Source: Phoronis australis (Eukaryota; Animalia; Phoronida). From it: a stretch of 64,000 nucleotides of DNA. The notes beneath the pieces were generated by a model. It ran no database searches, was not told the origin of the DNA, and was given only the letters and a program-made list of their open reading frames with translations. Made by a program: the position numbers and the translations under genes. The stretch spans positions 106,214-170,213 of the forward strand of contig NMRA01000125.1 in the NCBI GenBank assembly GCA_002633005.1, read 5' to 3'. Of the stretch, positions 51,524 through 64,000 are shown in pieces. Each line of letters begins with the position of its first letter. The stretch's first letter is position 1.

Positions 51524-51997
51524 AGGGTTATGTTAGACTCTAGAAAAATATCCATATTTGGCTAACTTGGGAACATCTTATTTCAGAAATGACTGATGGC
51601 ATTCAAATGAAACTTTCAGATACTCTGCTTTATGCAACATTCTCTTCAAAATTCTTTAAAGAATTGATTTTTAAGTGCTCCATGTTGGCATAAGGGGCTA
51701 TTAAGAATTGTGAATTTCATAATTTTTATGACAGAACTTGATGCATAAAACAAATACGAAAGGATAATTTAGGGAACTAGCTGTGTTTTTGACATTTCAT
51801 CTTCAACCTCATGCTACTGACACCACTTTGCCATGGATGTGTCTTTCTTTTTGTCGCTAAAATTCAATAAAGATGACCCAATTAAGGGCACGATGGTACA
51901 AAATCAAAACTCAAATTCTACAGGCTTCCTTCTTTCAGCTTAGTTTCACACATTCTGAGATAAGACAGACTTATGGATAAGGTCCCGCATAACTTTA
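51524..51997. mobile_element. MITE, family of 24850-25606
   Basis: Ends AGGGTTATGTTAGACTC ... GGTCCCGCATAACTTT; internal TTTGGCTAACTTGGGAACATC and AAATTCTACAGGCTT blocks are shared with other copies. Confidence 0.55.
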
Positions 51998-53473
51998 TGT
52001 TCCCAACAAAATGCAGAGTAAATCCATATGGCTGACATGTTGAACAAAGTTGACATTTTTCTCACACCACTTTTATGGTAGAAGTTTATGATGCTGGGTC
52101 ATAAACGTGAGAAAATCTTGAGGAAAACTATAACAAGATTCAGAAACAGAAAACCAAGCTGTTACTTGACAACAGAGTGCCTGTGAGAGTATGATTTGTG
52201 TGTAAAAATGTTTTGGACAATCTTATTTAATTTTTATTATGTACTGTTATATTTCATATTTATACATGTGTAGTGATTGATTTCTAATTAAAAATATTTA
52301 TTTCAAACAGTCCAGTTTGTTTTCTAGTGCATTTCAATTCCACAAAGTCTTCAGAAATGAGGGCGGGAAGATGTTGAAACTCATATTCAGATCAATCCTC
52401 TAACTTACACGCACCTCATAACTGAATTTTTACCTTATAACATTTAAACATTACAGACTCCAATCTGTGTTACAAGTTACACAATATGATCTACAGCTTG
52501 TTACCAAACTGAAACAAATAAGGCCATCCTTCAGCACTTTTACTTACAAAAAAATCATTGCTGAAATTTGCCATCAAAATTTTCAAATGCTTTTTTACAT
52601 TTTATTTCAATAGCGTACATAAATGCAAATGGAGATATTACTGCCCAGAAATTGAATTAACCTTATATCGGGGCAACAAATTCTTATACCTTGCTATCAA
52701 TGATCCAAGTCAGGTGTTGTTTTAGACAACTACACAGTGCAACGCAAATACAATAAAAATGTTTGTTTTGCTGCCAAAGTTGACAAAAATAAAATTCCAC
52801 TCCTTTGCCACAGTGCCTAAGATAAAAAATACAGCAATACAGCATAGATTCACAGGTCACAGACCTGTGGAAGGTTACAGCTCTTAGAAGATAAGAATGG
52901 AGTAATTCAAGCACAGCTGTCTTAGTTTAAATTAAAATTCTGAGCAGAAAACAAACAAAGTGAGAATATCTTAATCACACTGCATCAAAAGATTACACGA
53001 CCATCTGTCTATCATTTTCTTTCAGGAGGCAATATGTCTTGCCTAAACATTTCTGAATGATTGAAGGCAACCATGCACTGTTGTCTTTAGCATAGCTGCC
53101 ATGTAAGCAAAACAAAACTCGGAAGGAAGCTTATCGTGTGATGTGTTAGCCACGCATGGCAATATCTTTAAGTCATTTTGCTTGCGGGATTCTCGCCTGT
53201 ACGGAATGCGCACAAGATCTTTGTCTAAGAATTAAACAGAATAAAGAAAACTAACATCCAAATCCGCGCGAGGTACTTTCAACATGATTACTTTAAACAG
53301 GTCCCTTTAGGTATGAAAAATGCTAAACAAATATTTGCTACTGACAAGACTGCGAACTTGAAAGGGTCATGGATTAACCTCAAAGGATCAACCTACTTTC
53401 AAGACAACCACAGCAAACACTCTCTGCCCAGCTGATGACCAAGAACAAAAATCATCTGCCTGTAAGAAGATTA

Positions 53474-53707
53474 TGGTAAAAAATCTTCAGTTTGGCACAG
53501 AATATGGCAGAGAGGTGAAATTTCATTTTGTCAAATTTCTCAACAAAAATGACTTTCCAGGAAAATTTTTTTAGCATATGGTATGTATGGCGTACCGTAG
53601 CTATGACCAAACAACCTTTGGTAAAATTTTGAGCATTTGCAACTATGTGGTAAGCCTATGGCAATTTCAGCAATCATTTTTGTCCCAGATTCGAGAATTT
53701 TTACTGT
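53474..53707. mobile_element. MITE, family of 11479-11716
   Basis: GGTAAAAAATCTTCAGTTTGGCACAG ... TGTCCCAGATTCGAGAATTTTTACTGT; the interior TTTGGTAAAATTTTGAGC is shared with the 32.5-kb copy. Confidence 0.65.
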
Positions 53708-55747
53708 CTCTACTGTGGAAGGAGTCGAGTCGCAAATCATACCACCTGGGGTAACTAAGAGACACTATGGTTACATTTTATAGAGAAATGGAAATTGAGG
53801 TTAAACAAAAGGACAGAACAACGCGCACGTCAGATAGCTACGGTAAAATTCTCATTCATCTGAGTAGAGTTTTTTGAGTAGGGAGATTAAACCTTGAGCC
53901 TGATGTCATGCCAAGAAAGGTATAGTTTTAAAACATGAACACCAAATTAATAAATAGATTTGCTGAAACAAAACAACAAACAATTTCATATTACAATAAT
54001 TCACTGCCTGTTTAGCACACAATATGGCAAACAAATGAAATTTTATTTTGTCAAATTTCTGCACAAAAATAAAGATTAAGAAAAGTTTAGTCTCATTGCT
54101 GTTTAACTGCAGCCTAGTTTGTACTTTAAAGACATCATAAAACAGCATTTGGTGAAGTAATTGCGAATGAAGGGTAATACAGCAACTAGGTATTATTGCA
54201 TGACACCAACTTGTAAGACAGACTACATAACTTTCCTCTGAAGTGAAAATAGAAACCAATCCTCACATCGAGCATCAATCAAGGTGTCAAAAACACATTG
54301 AAGGGAAACAAAGACCTCATTGACATAAAACACATTGTTTTTAAAAAACAGGTTAACATTGTTTTGAAATTCCCTAGTTGCTCCCCAGTCTATCATTAGG
54401 CAACCACAAATCCCTTTGGCAATAGTAAATCTCTTTCAAGTGTGATATTCCCTCCTAAGAACCAGACAAAAAGAGACTGAGATGGAGATGTCACAGGCAC
54501 AAGGCCTTTGGTTATGTACACAGCGGCAAATGGGAGAGGATTTTTAACAAAATATCTGTGAACAATGTTTTCTTAAAGCAACTTGGATTGATTGAAATTG
54601 CAATTCTCGGCTTGTTTGGATGAAAGGGAAGCATTGTTGATGTCGTATTCCATGGTTTGCATGACATGACTGTACACACAGTTACCTTGTGTGCAGTTAT
54701 GATGCCTAAGCAAACAGAGGGTCGGTGGTTTTTATGAAGCGTGCCAATGTTTACCTGTGAACTTTACTGAACAATTAATGCCCCATTAGGTGCTATTTTG
54801 CCAATACGCTCAAAGAAAAGCCAAAATGTCCCGCCATACAAGAAATATACTGGTGCAGAAATGATAGAACTGGCTAAACATATCAAACAAATTCAGATTG
54901 GGCAGTCATGCCAAAGCAGTTCTCAAACGGTGTTCGCAAGAATTTTGACACAATGGGGAAAAACAGAATGGAAACAAAAAATATTGAAAAATGGTTACTA
55001 GAATCTAGACGTTGTCACATTTAACACGTGTTTGTGGTCAAAGTTGATCCTTTCCGCGCGTCCTTAGCCAGTTTTATCAACATTTTAGGATGGCTGTGAC
55101 ATTTACTCAACAAGTACTCGAAGTGTAAAATGGCTATGGATTTTCTTATTTTGCTAGACTCTGAAAATAAAAAGCGTGTAGCATTTTGTTTATTTTCCAT
55201 CTCCTCAACTCAACCTTCCAAACAATCAATAGCAAAAATATACTGTGAGATTAATATCAAAGTTTTAACCATGTATAATAGATTGAATGGAGAAAACTGT
55301 ATAACAGTCAAAATGGTTTCTGTTGCTTTTGAGACGATTGACATGTGCACCAATGTTTTGGTAAAAAAATAACATCCAATTTGAGACTAGATGCATTAAT
55401 TTGTGTTTAAGTAAACGGCTCAAGAGATGGCAACAAAGCACCAAACAAATCAAAAGAGAATCCTGAAATTTGTGGCACAAGTTGAGCACTGATAACAGTG
55501 TCAGCAAGTCACATACAGCCATCTCCAAAACAGTGAAGAGAAATGGCTTGGACTTGATGGCTGTTTACGTACTTTGAGAGGAGTAGCCCCAACAGATCAC
55601 TGGATTTCAACTCTAGTATTTCATAGGATGATTCTAAATTCACCCCCCCCCCCAAATTCTTACAAGTGTCTTGTCCTGTACTACAAAGACGCCCTGCTGT
55701 AATTCAACACTGATCTCCCTTCAGCACATCACTAAAGTCCATTCACA

Positions 55748-55952
55748 GGGTCCTAAATTAAAAGCAACCAACCACACCAGACACGAGACAGCTCCAGGGC
55801 AATGCTTTGAGAAACGGGGTCCTAAATTAAAACCCCTCCACTACAACGGGCACGAGGACAGCTCCAGGGCAATGCTTTGAGAAACGGGGTCCTAAATTAA
55901 AACCCCTCCAATACAACAGGCACGAGGACAGCTCCAGGGACATGTTTTGAGG
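55748..55952. repeat. Tandem repeat, 3 x about 70 bp
   Basis: GGGTCCTAAATTAAAA...GACAGCTCCAGGG at 55748, 55817 and 55887. Confidence 0.9.
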
Positions 55953-58900
55953 AACAACAAATCACAGTTCCGCCCCAACTAAGATCAACAGACAACTGGT
56001 CAAACCTTTTGATAGTGTGGCAGTAACAATCACCAATAGTTGAACTGAGTTTGTTTTGACACCTGCTAAGTGAGCTTTAAACAGGTAATTAATTGGCGCT
56101 TGCAACAATCTACCTGTTTGTGGGTCCAGACGTGGTTGGTTGAGTAGCTGGTGATTGGTCAAATTAATAACTGGATCATGTGCTAAAAAGGATACACCAA
56201 GGCAGCAGCCACGACCATTTTGACAAAACACTTTTATGTGAATCTCAATCTTAAGTGAAGATTGTCTAAAAATCTTGAAATCAATCTCTTGAAAATGAAG
56301 CATTTTGAACTTTATAAACAAACAAAAGTGAATCAATTATGGAAATGGTCCAACCAAATGAAGTTCAGTGACACACAAGTTTATAGTACTCCATATTTAG
56401 AGGGTGCTGTAACACTTACATACTTTTCAGCAGTCTCAAGAACAGGAGGAAAACCAACATGGAAAAAAGAAAATCAATGTAAAATCAGTGAGTGTACCCT
56501 GCTGAGGAACGATATTGGCAAAAGTTCAGATTTTAAGGTTTATCGGAACCCCTGAGCCATTAACAGTTTGGGGGCCCTAGTGCCTTGAGCTGTCCTGAGT
56601 CATCACAATTTTCCAGCCTCTGGTAGTCACAAGTTTTCTCTCGTTGTCATAATTTCTGAGCACTGCAGAAACCACATATACCGAGCCAGCCCCTTGATGT
56701 CGCCATAATTTTCGGGCCTGCCCTCACAATTTCCAAGAAGCCTCGCGGATACAAGGCTGAGAGCCTCTACTTTGTGTGGGGTACTAAGCTACAACTTTAA
56801 TGAATAATCCATCACTGCCAAGGTTGTTTGTCCCTAGTCTGTTCATCAAAATGTTGAGACTGAGTTCAGACATTTCAAGAATTAGTTTGCAGAAACAAGG
56901 CCTTACATGAGACAATGTTATTCTAACCAAATTCTAAAAACAATAAAACACCCTCGTAACAAACTAGAAAATCTGATATCCACGTCTTCAAAAGAATTCC
57001 AAATATACAAACAACAAAATGGAATGCCAGACGACAAGATCGTACTCCGATCAACACCGATATTCAGCAGCACGTTTTCGCGCAAACCTGCAAAAATTAG
57101 CAGACAACAAAGCCTAACATTGCTCCAAGACATCAGAGTACAATACGAGACAATGTCACGGAGCGAGACTGGCAAACACGGAGCAGGTTCGTTGTCCAAA
57201 CTTGCATGGCTTCCAATGTTCATTTCCAACATACACTGTTTGACATTTGCAAACACAGATACTCTGCATGATAAACACAGACAGTTTACTGCCACCTAAA
57301 GGGTATTTACTAGGCAATTACATGCCACTTAATAGGTAAAACTGTTTTTGTAAACAACTGTTTGGCAGGATATGCTACTGGTGTAACAGCTATTAGTATT
57401 CTTGACAACAAACTTGACTGAGGATAAATGCATGAAATGTGTACAGAGAGCATATACGCTCTCACAACACAGACGCCTCATTGCCGAAATACACATCCGA
57501 AGTTCAAAGTTTACGAATTTTGCATGATTTTCCATATTTATGTAAAAAGGAACTTAGGAGTTTTCATCACAATAGCACAACCCACAGGTATTGTTTTCAC
57601 TTTACATTAACTGAAAGTACACTTTTCACTTGTCAGTCAAAATATCTCGCTTAGGACCATATCACAAAATAAGTAGACCTCAGTTTTTGCTAAATTACTC
57701 AACGAAAGCTTTAGATAATCTTAAGCTGTGCTTAGCTGGATAAAAAAACAAAAATTAAGTACAAGTCAACCTTTAACTGTCATAAAATCAGTATCGCAAC
57801 GTTCCTTGTCGTAACAGGATTCTATATCTGTTATCAACATGAACCATCAATGGCTCAAGAAAACACTTGAGGTTATTGGGGTTAGCAACCCCAAAATTGC
57901 AAATTTGAAAATTACATGTGTACGTACTGTTTATGGCTTAACATTTTAATGGTAACCATGCTGTTTCCTAGATTTGCAAGATTTTACAGTTGACAAGTCT
58001 TGAAGCTTGAGGTTGAGATGAAATGATCTGGTTGACCATGACACTTACAAGATATCAATGTTTAACAGAACTTTCCTGCTGCTCATTCGCATCATTAGGT
58101 GGTGAAATGAAACAATCATATTTCTGTTTCTTACAACATGGCACCATGTAAATAAACCTAAAATCAGCATTTTTGTGCATATCAGTCTGAAGAAATTCCT
58201 GGAAACCACAAATCGATTTCCCTAAAACATTTCACATAATCGCGAAAAGAGAATCCAACAGCGCCTGCTGAGTAACAACCAAAAAGCTTGAGAAAGTATT
58301 AAAGCATGCGGGAACAGAAACAGCCAAACATGTCACAATTATTCTTACAGATGCATTATTAAACCAACAATTGCAGGTGTTGAAATGACAGATTTACACC
58401 AATGAATACACACAGGTAGGCAATAAAAACAGCAGCAATGCACAAATCCCTGGCCATCCTCCTCAACAATGGCTTGTTGGCAAACAAATGACCAACGTCA
58501 CTTAATCTTGGATAAACACAGAGCTGAGTTGAAATGGCCAGTGTACAGTACTTAATATGTCTAATAGCTCAGGAAAAATATTATGATAGCCGAAATCACA
58601 GATACAAATGCATTTAGCAAGAAAAAGAATAACATTTCCAGGGTTCTACTGCAGGGTCTTTGTTAACTTAAAGACTTGGTTACTTGAGCAGTTTGTAATG
58701 TTTAATGAAGAGATTGTGAAGCTTCATATAATGTCTCTAAGAAAATAATTGCGCCACACTCCTAACTCTTTGTTCTGGAGCAGACATTGAAATGCACAAT
58801 GAGAGATTTACCGTAAAAATTGTCTAGTTGGGGACAGTCTGTAACGATTGGGCCTTCAAAAAATTCAAGCGGAAATTTAATTTTCTTGATTCTGAAGAGT

Positions 58901-61900
58901 GGGACATGGGCACTTTTGGCATTTACGTTTTTCACATACTGACTAAAAAATTTTAAGAAATTGACTAGAGTTTATAAATGGTCAAAACGTTAACTATTTG
59001 CTCCCTTAACATGTGAATGATTATTTGAATTTGAGATTACCAGTACTGTCTGACCAATACTGTTTATTTCTAAAATTTACCTCACTGGCCCAAAGTGGAA
59101 AAAATTCCCTTAACTCACTTGCAATTTAACGCGCTTCTATGGCTGCTCACTGGAGAAGAAAAGCAAGAACATGTAAAGCAAGAAAACATGCAAAAGTGCA
59201 CAGAGTGTGTGCTGAACAAAGAAATAGATTGATCAATAATTTAAACTAATACCTAGCAAACACTGCACCATTTTAACATTAGGCAAAATATTTACTGACC
59301 TTGGAATTATTCTACCAAAGCACTCAGTCCGTGAAAAATAACAAAATGATAATTTACGCTACAGCACAACTTAGAAAAAACAACCAGATCATTAGTGTAA
59401 AAAGCTGCAAGTTTTCTCTACAAAACAATATCTGTAATTCTAGACACATTTGATTAATGGTTCCTAATTACATGAAGCTATCATAAGTATAAAAATTACA
59501 GGCATTTCCCGACACTATCTCAAAATATAGACAATCAATAGATAATCCAGTGATTGTCAGTCACAAGTAAGCTAACTGTGAATATTTTGATAGATTAAAG
59601 ACTTCGTAGATGGATGTTCATGACATCGTTGAAATCCCACTGATTTCGTACAAAAATAATTGCCAAAAATGCTGTCATTTCATTTTCAAGGGCCTGTAAC
59701 ATTGTTGTGACTGCCCATAATTTTTCAAAACTTTGTCTGACGGCAGCAGTGTTACAAAATCAGCCATACTCTATCCGAAAGTTGCAAGGTTTTACCACAG
59801 CGTATAAGTTGAAGGAAGGTGTGAGACCAAGAGCTTGCCGATTTTGGAAATTTGGGGGTTTGATGTTTCACCGACAAGTAAAGTTTTCTTGCTACACCTT
59901 AATTTCAATCTACTCCCAAGAATCTTGTCATTTTACTGTCTACTCATCAGGTTGTTCATATGCTATGCATCATGAAGAGATCTCTCTAATCAGAGTTTAA
60001 ACAGAGTGAGGGCTACCAAAGTTAACTTTTATGTTTTGAGAACCATCACAGCAATGCATGACATATAAGACTTTCACTGCCATACCATTCCCAGACAACT
60101 AACAATGAGACTGAGTCCTGATGCAGTTATCTTGATAATGTACAGCTGGACATTGGTAAACATGTCACAAGTTATTTCTTTGAAATTTTTCTGTCATTGT
60201 AATGTTTCATAAATTTTACCAGGAAATGATGGCAACAGCTAGTTCGTATCTGCATGCGGAGAACACTGTAACTAGAGACTTGGTTTTCTGTTTTCAAAAT
60301 CAGAGAAATTTAAAGAACCTGTTATTCTTGGGGGGTTTGTTTTGTTAATTAGCAAATTTCATTTTACTATTTCAACAGTGACAAATAACATTAAAAATGT
60401 TTGGGAACTGCTTTATTTAGGAAGTTGAATTATGCGTTTTACCAAGAACGGTACTGTTTTTCAAAACCAAAGCAAGAACAGCACCATCGACACAGAGAAT
60501 GAATATGGCTGCTGCCAACAATCGTCGATTAATTTGGGCCAGAATATGGCAAATATGATGATTACATTTTTATCTTTTTTGTAATTAACAACCAAAAATA
60601 TTAGAAGTAAGGTATTTATTGAAATACATAAATTCTGCTTGAAATCTCTAATTTTGCAAAATAAGTCAGATTCTGTGAAATCTGTACGTTCTCCGCTATT
60701 GAGGAAAACCAAGATCTCTTATCTAACACCACGGGAGTGGACCAAATGCCCTTTTAATCCCTATAATTCCAAATTACATACATACAACAACTCCTGAAGT
60801 TGGCAAATTTCCCATAGCATAACATTAAGTGTCACTCACAGATGCTCTGTGAGTTGAACAAAAAATCAACAGTTGGTCAAAGTTGATAGCCGTCGTAAAT
60901 CAGGCCAAAGCAATTTGATTTTGAACAAACGGGACAAAAGACTGGACATCTGAGAGTGTATGGTGATACTCCCCATTAACTTCCAAGTGTGTTTTCTAAT
61001 AGATCACTTACATCACCTCTGGTAAGGCCTACCTGAAGAGTGTGTGATGTAACTGAGGCTGACCAGTGTTCAAAAGAGAAAAGAGTGACAGATGGTCGAG
61101 CACATACCAGTATAGTAACAATGAATATCTTCAAATACAAAATGCTCTCAAAATTTTTGGCAGATTGGTTTCAGGCCCAAACTAATTTAAATGCTTCCTA
61201 CTTTCAGAAAACTAAACATTTTATTGAGTTGACAGGATTAAAATTTAAATGTTAACCTCATAGGCATATTTTTTCTGCAACCTTTGAAAGAAGTTAGATG
61301 CTTTCATAAACTTAAAACACAAGTAATAATAAACAAACATACTTGTGCCTCTTTTTTCAAAGTCTACAAGGATACTGGCAAAACTAGGTACTCCCTCCCC
61401 CCTTAGGCTTAACGTGTGCAAAATTCATTATGCATTTGGCTAAATGCAGACTTTCTGATGTAGCTCATAACCTTGTCTTCAGGAAAGCCAAAATTTGGCT
61501 TTCTCATGAGTTGGAATATCTTGTCTCAACATCAATCCAAGCTCTGGGCCTTTGGCTTCAGTCTATTGCAAAAAATGGAACCATCTTTCTGTTTTCAATA
61601 TTTCACATTGTAAACAAAACTTACAAGAGTAAACAGACAGCATTGTGACACTCTCAACTGCTACACTGCACCCAGCACAGGGAACAAGGGGCTGGTTATT
61701 TCAAACATTCATACAAGAGCATCTAACATTCATAAAGTTACATAAAACTGTCTCGCAACACACATCCGCAAATTGACATGTGACATCCTTTCCTTTACAT
61801 AAATAAAGAATTTGCGAGAACTATCAAATGAAATTGATTAAACTAGTAAGCCTGTGGTGAAACGAACAAAAAAGAACAGAAGACTAAAGGAATTTAGGAT

Positions 61901-62520
61901 AAATCTCACCAATTTCAGACAAAAATAAATTGTTTTTTAATTCTCAAAGGTTTCTAACATGGTGGTAAATGGCCACTTCTCAGAATCAAGGTATCAGGTT
62001 TTAACCATCATAGAGCATTCTTGGTGTTACTTGTCCTTTATGAAAACATGAAAAGATAAAACTTCACTGCTTGGTCTTATCTGTCCTAGATTGGCGAGAT
62101 TTCAGCATAATTGCAGTACAGGTTCAACATATTAAGAATAGGCAGTAACCTCAAACATATAGGGAGAGCCCATTTTTCCAAACACTTCCACACACTAAAG
62201 CTGTGAGGAGCCTCGGTGAGCTGAAATATGAGACCAGGGGGTGTAGTGCTAGTCTTACGAAAATTGGCAAATTCACACAAAGAAAGCTAAAATTACTCCT
62301 AGGGGTCATTGCGGTGATCGGATCCATCTAATAATCCACACCAGTTATGCTCACCTTTATGGGTACTTATCAGAGAGAAAAGGGAACATCTGAGATCAGT
62401 CTCAGTGATGCAGAATCGAATCTACACCTCCCCCAGTAATACAACTAACCAGCAGACTAGATTGATACTTTCGACATTAAAAAAATTGTTGCACCTGTTA
62501 ATGTTCATAGAAAGTTCCAG

Positions 62521-62760
62521 GTACGGTGCTACAGTACCAGGTACAGTGCTGTAGTACCAGGTACAGTGCTGCAGTACCAGGTACAGTGCTGCAGTACCAG
62601 GTACAGTGCTGCAGTACCAGGTACAGTGCTGCAGTACCAGGTACAGTGCTGCAGTACCAGGTACAGTGCTGCAGTACCAGGTACAGTGCTGCAGTACCAG
62701 GTATAGTGAGCCAGTTCCAGATACAGTGCTGCAGTACCAGGTACAGTGCTGCAGTACCAG
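62521..62760. repeat. Minisatellite, 12 x 20 bp
   Basis: Unit GTACAGTGCTGCAGTACCAG; it explains the spurious ORFs 62422-62892 and 62526-62798. Confidence 0.95.
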
Positions 62761-63431
62761 GAAATAATTTAAGCTTAGTGATGACTGGTGGTTTCTAGGA
62801 AATCTCAGAAACAACGACACAGCTAAGCCAACAGGCCAAGATGAGTAACATGGCTGTGACTTGTCACATAGCAGCCACCAAATTGCAGCCAAAAAATGAA
62901 CTGGGGTGAATTCTTCAGAGTAGTAACGTGTCAGTTTGGTGAGAGTATGTGCGGGAAAGGTTAGATATCAGGGAAGAGTTTCACATGCAAGATCCCAACC
63001 TCGCTAAGGTACGCGAGCAAAAACGGCTGCCACTGAAAGGGATTGGTCAGCTACACTGCATATTGAATTATGATACAAAATAGCTAAGAAACTCTGCAAT
63101 TCCGTTGCACAAGTCAAAATTTCTCACCGTAACTGTCTCACGAGTGACTGGCATTACACTGATGAAGCACTTGCAGGAACAGAAACAGTGAATTCTATCC
63201 CACAATTCAACACTCCAACCTTACCGACCAATGACCGCCATTTTGCTAGGACACACTAGTAAGAGACCTAGCATACCCAAGAAACACACACCATTCACTC
63301 GCATAACTGTGTGTGGTTTTGCACGATCTAGCTTTTTCTCGAGTTACTTGAATCTACAGAATGTACCGCAACTATTGACTATCGCTAGATTAGTCAATCC
63401 AACTTGGGGAAGTGAGGTCTTGTGAAATATA

Positions 63432-64000
63432 CGGTAAAGTCGCGTGATTTTCGGACGGCCCGCCATTTTCGACCAAGAATAAATATTTCCGAAATGAGTT
63501 TTTCATAGTCCACGAAATTCGTACAAGGTCCAAAAACTGTTTTTTAATGATCTTCGAATTTCGGACAATGTCATAAACGTCGGATTTTTGCCCCGCGACT
63601 TTCGGACAAGGGAAATTTTAGATACGGTAATTTGGGATCGACGCAACTCCCGTGTCACTAAAGCGTTCAACGGATGATTACTACTGTATAAGGCTCGAGT
63701 CCGAGAATCGGTATAACGGGTTTGTAATTTTTACCTTGTCTTGACGATGTCACGACCGTTACTCGATTGTCTTGCGTTTAGCTTGTGTTTGGCGCTTTAG
63801 CTATGAAAAGAATCACCGAGTTCCGCCTAACGAAAATTTCTGATGAAAATACAAATAGGAAATACACCGAAGGCTGCAACTTTTCGTTGTAGCGTAACAT
63901 GTGCTCTGGTTTAAATAGGCCGTGCTGTTCGACTCCCGACTGTGACATTGAACATGCACGCCTGACATCAACTTGCGTGTTTACGAAACGTTTTTATTTT
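63432..64000 (+). mobile_element. Probable left end of a Tc1/mariner-type element running out of the window
   Basis: TA|CGGTAAAGTCGCGTGATTTTCGGACG with repeated TTCGGAC motifs; a similar start TACGGTAAAGTTGCGTGATTTT occurs at about 26333; CpG-rich. Confidence 0.45.

Noticed and set aside
56907-57299. Overlapping 130-aa and 125-aa ORFs on opposite strands
   Set aside because: No recognisable motifs or splice context; length is compatible with chance.
62422-62892. 156-aa and 90-aa repetitive ORFs
   Set aside because: Products of the 20-bp minisatellite.

Overview
Eukaryotic (invertebrate, probably lophotrochozoan/mollusc-like; inferred) AT-rich genomic DNA with introns, many transposons and one 385-N gap. 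Three protein-coding genes can be assembled with phase-consistent GT-AG introns. (1) A + strand 5-exon SIMC1/Nse5-like gene (8134-18423, 942 aa) with an N-terminal NLS-like motif, a SUMO-interacting motif (SIM) and three 62-aa internal repeats. (2) The 3' exons of a convergent - strand ANAPC4 (APC/C subunit 4) gene (23018 to at least 28016, probably 34737); its upstream exons were not recognised in the window. (3) A small + strand gene (49220-50927, 228 aa) with its own TATA promoter and a signal-peptide exon, encoding a homologue of the bacterial T6SS peptidoglycan amidase Tae4 (Dae4-type domesticated effector). Both catalytic residues appear replaced (Cys->Thr, His->Phe) and a cationic tail is present, so it is a candidate secreted, horizontally acquired pseudoenzyme, probably nested antisense in an ANAPC4 intron. 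The first 4 kb hold a three-layer transposon nest: an internally deleted Kolobok (THAP and KolX/P2X7-ballast remnants) contains a tRNA-SINE, which contains a Helentron-type HINE. Further HINEs, MITEs and minisatellites occur, including a 9x50-bp hairpin array. All family assignments come from recalled motifs, not database searches.
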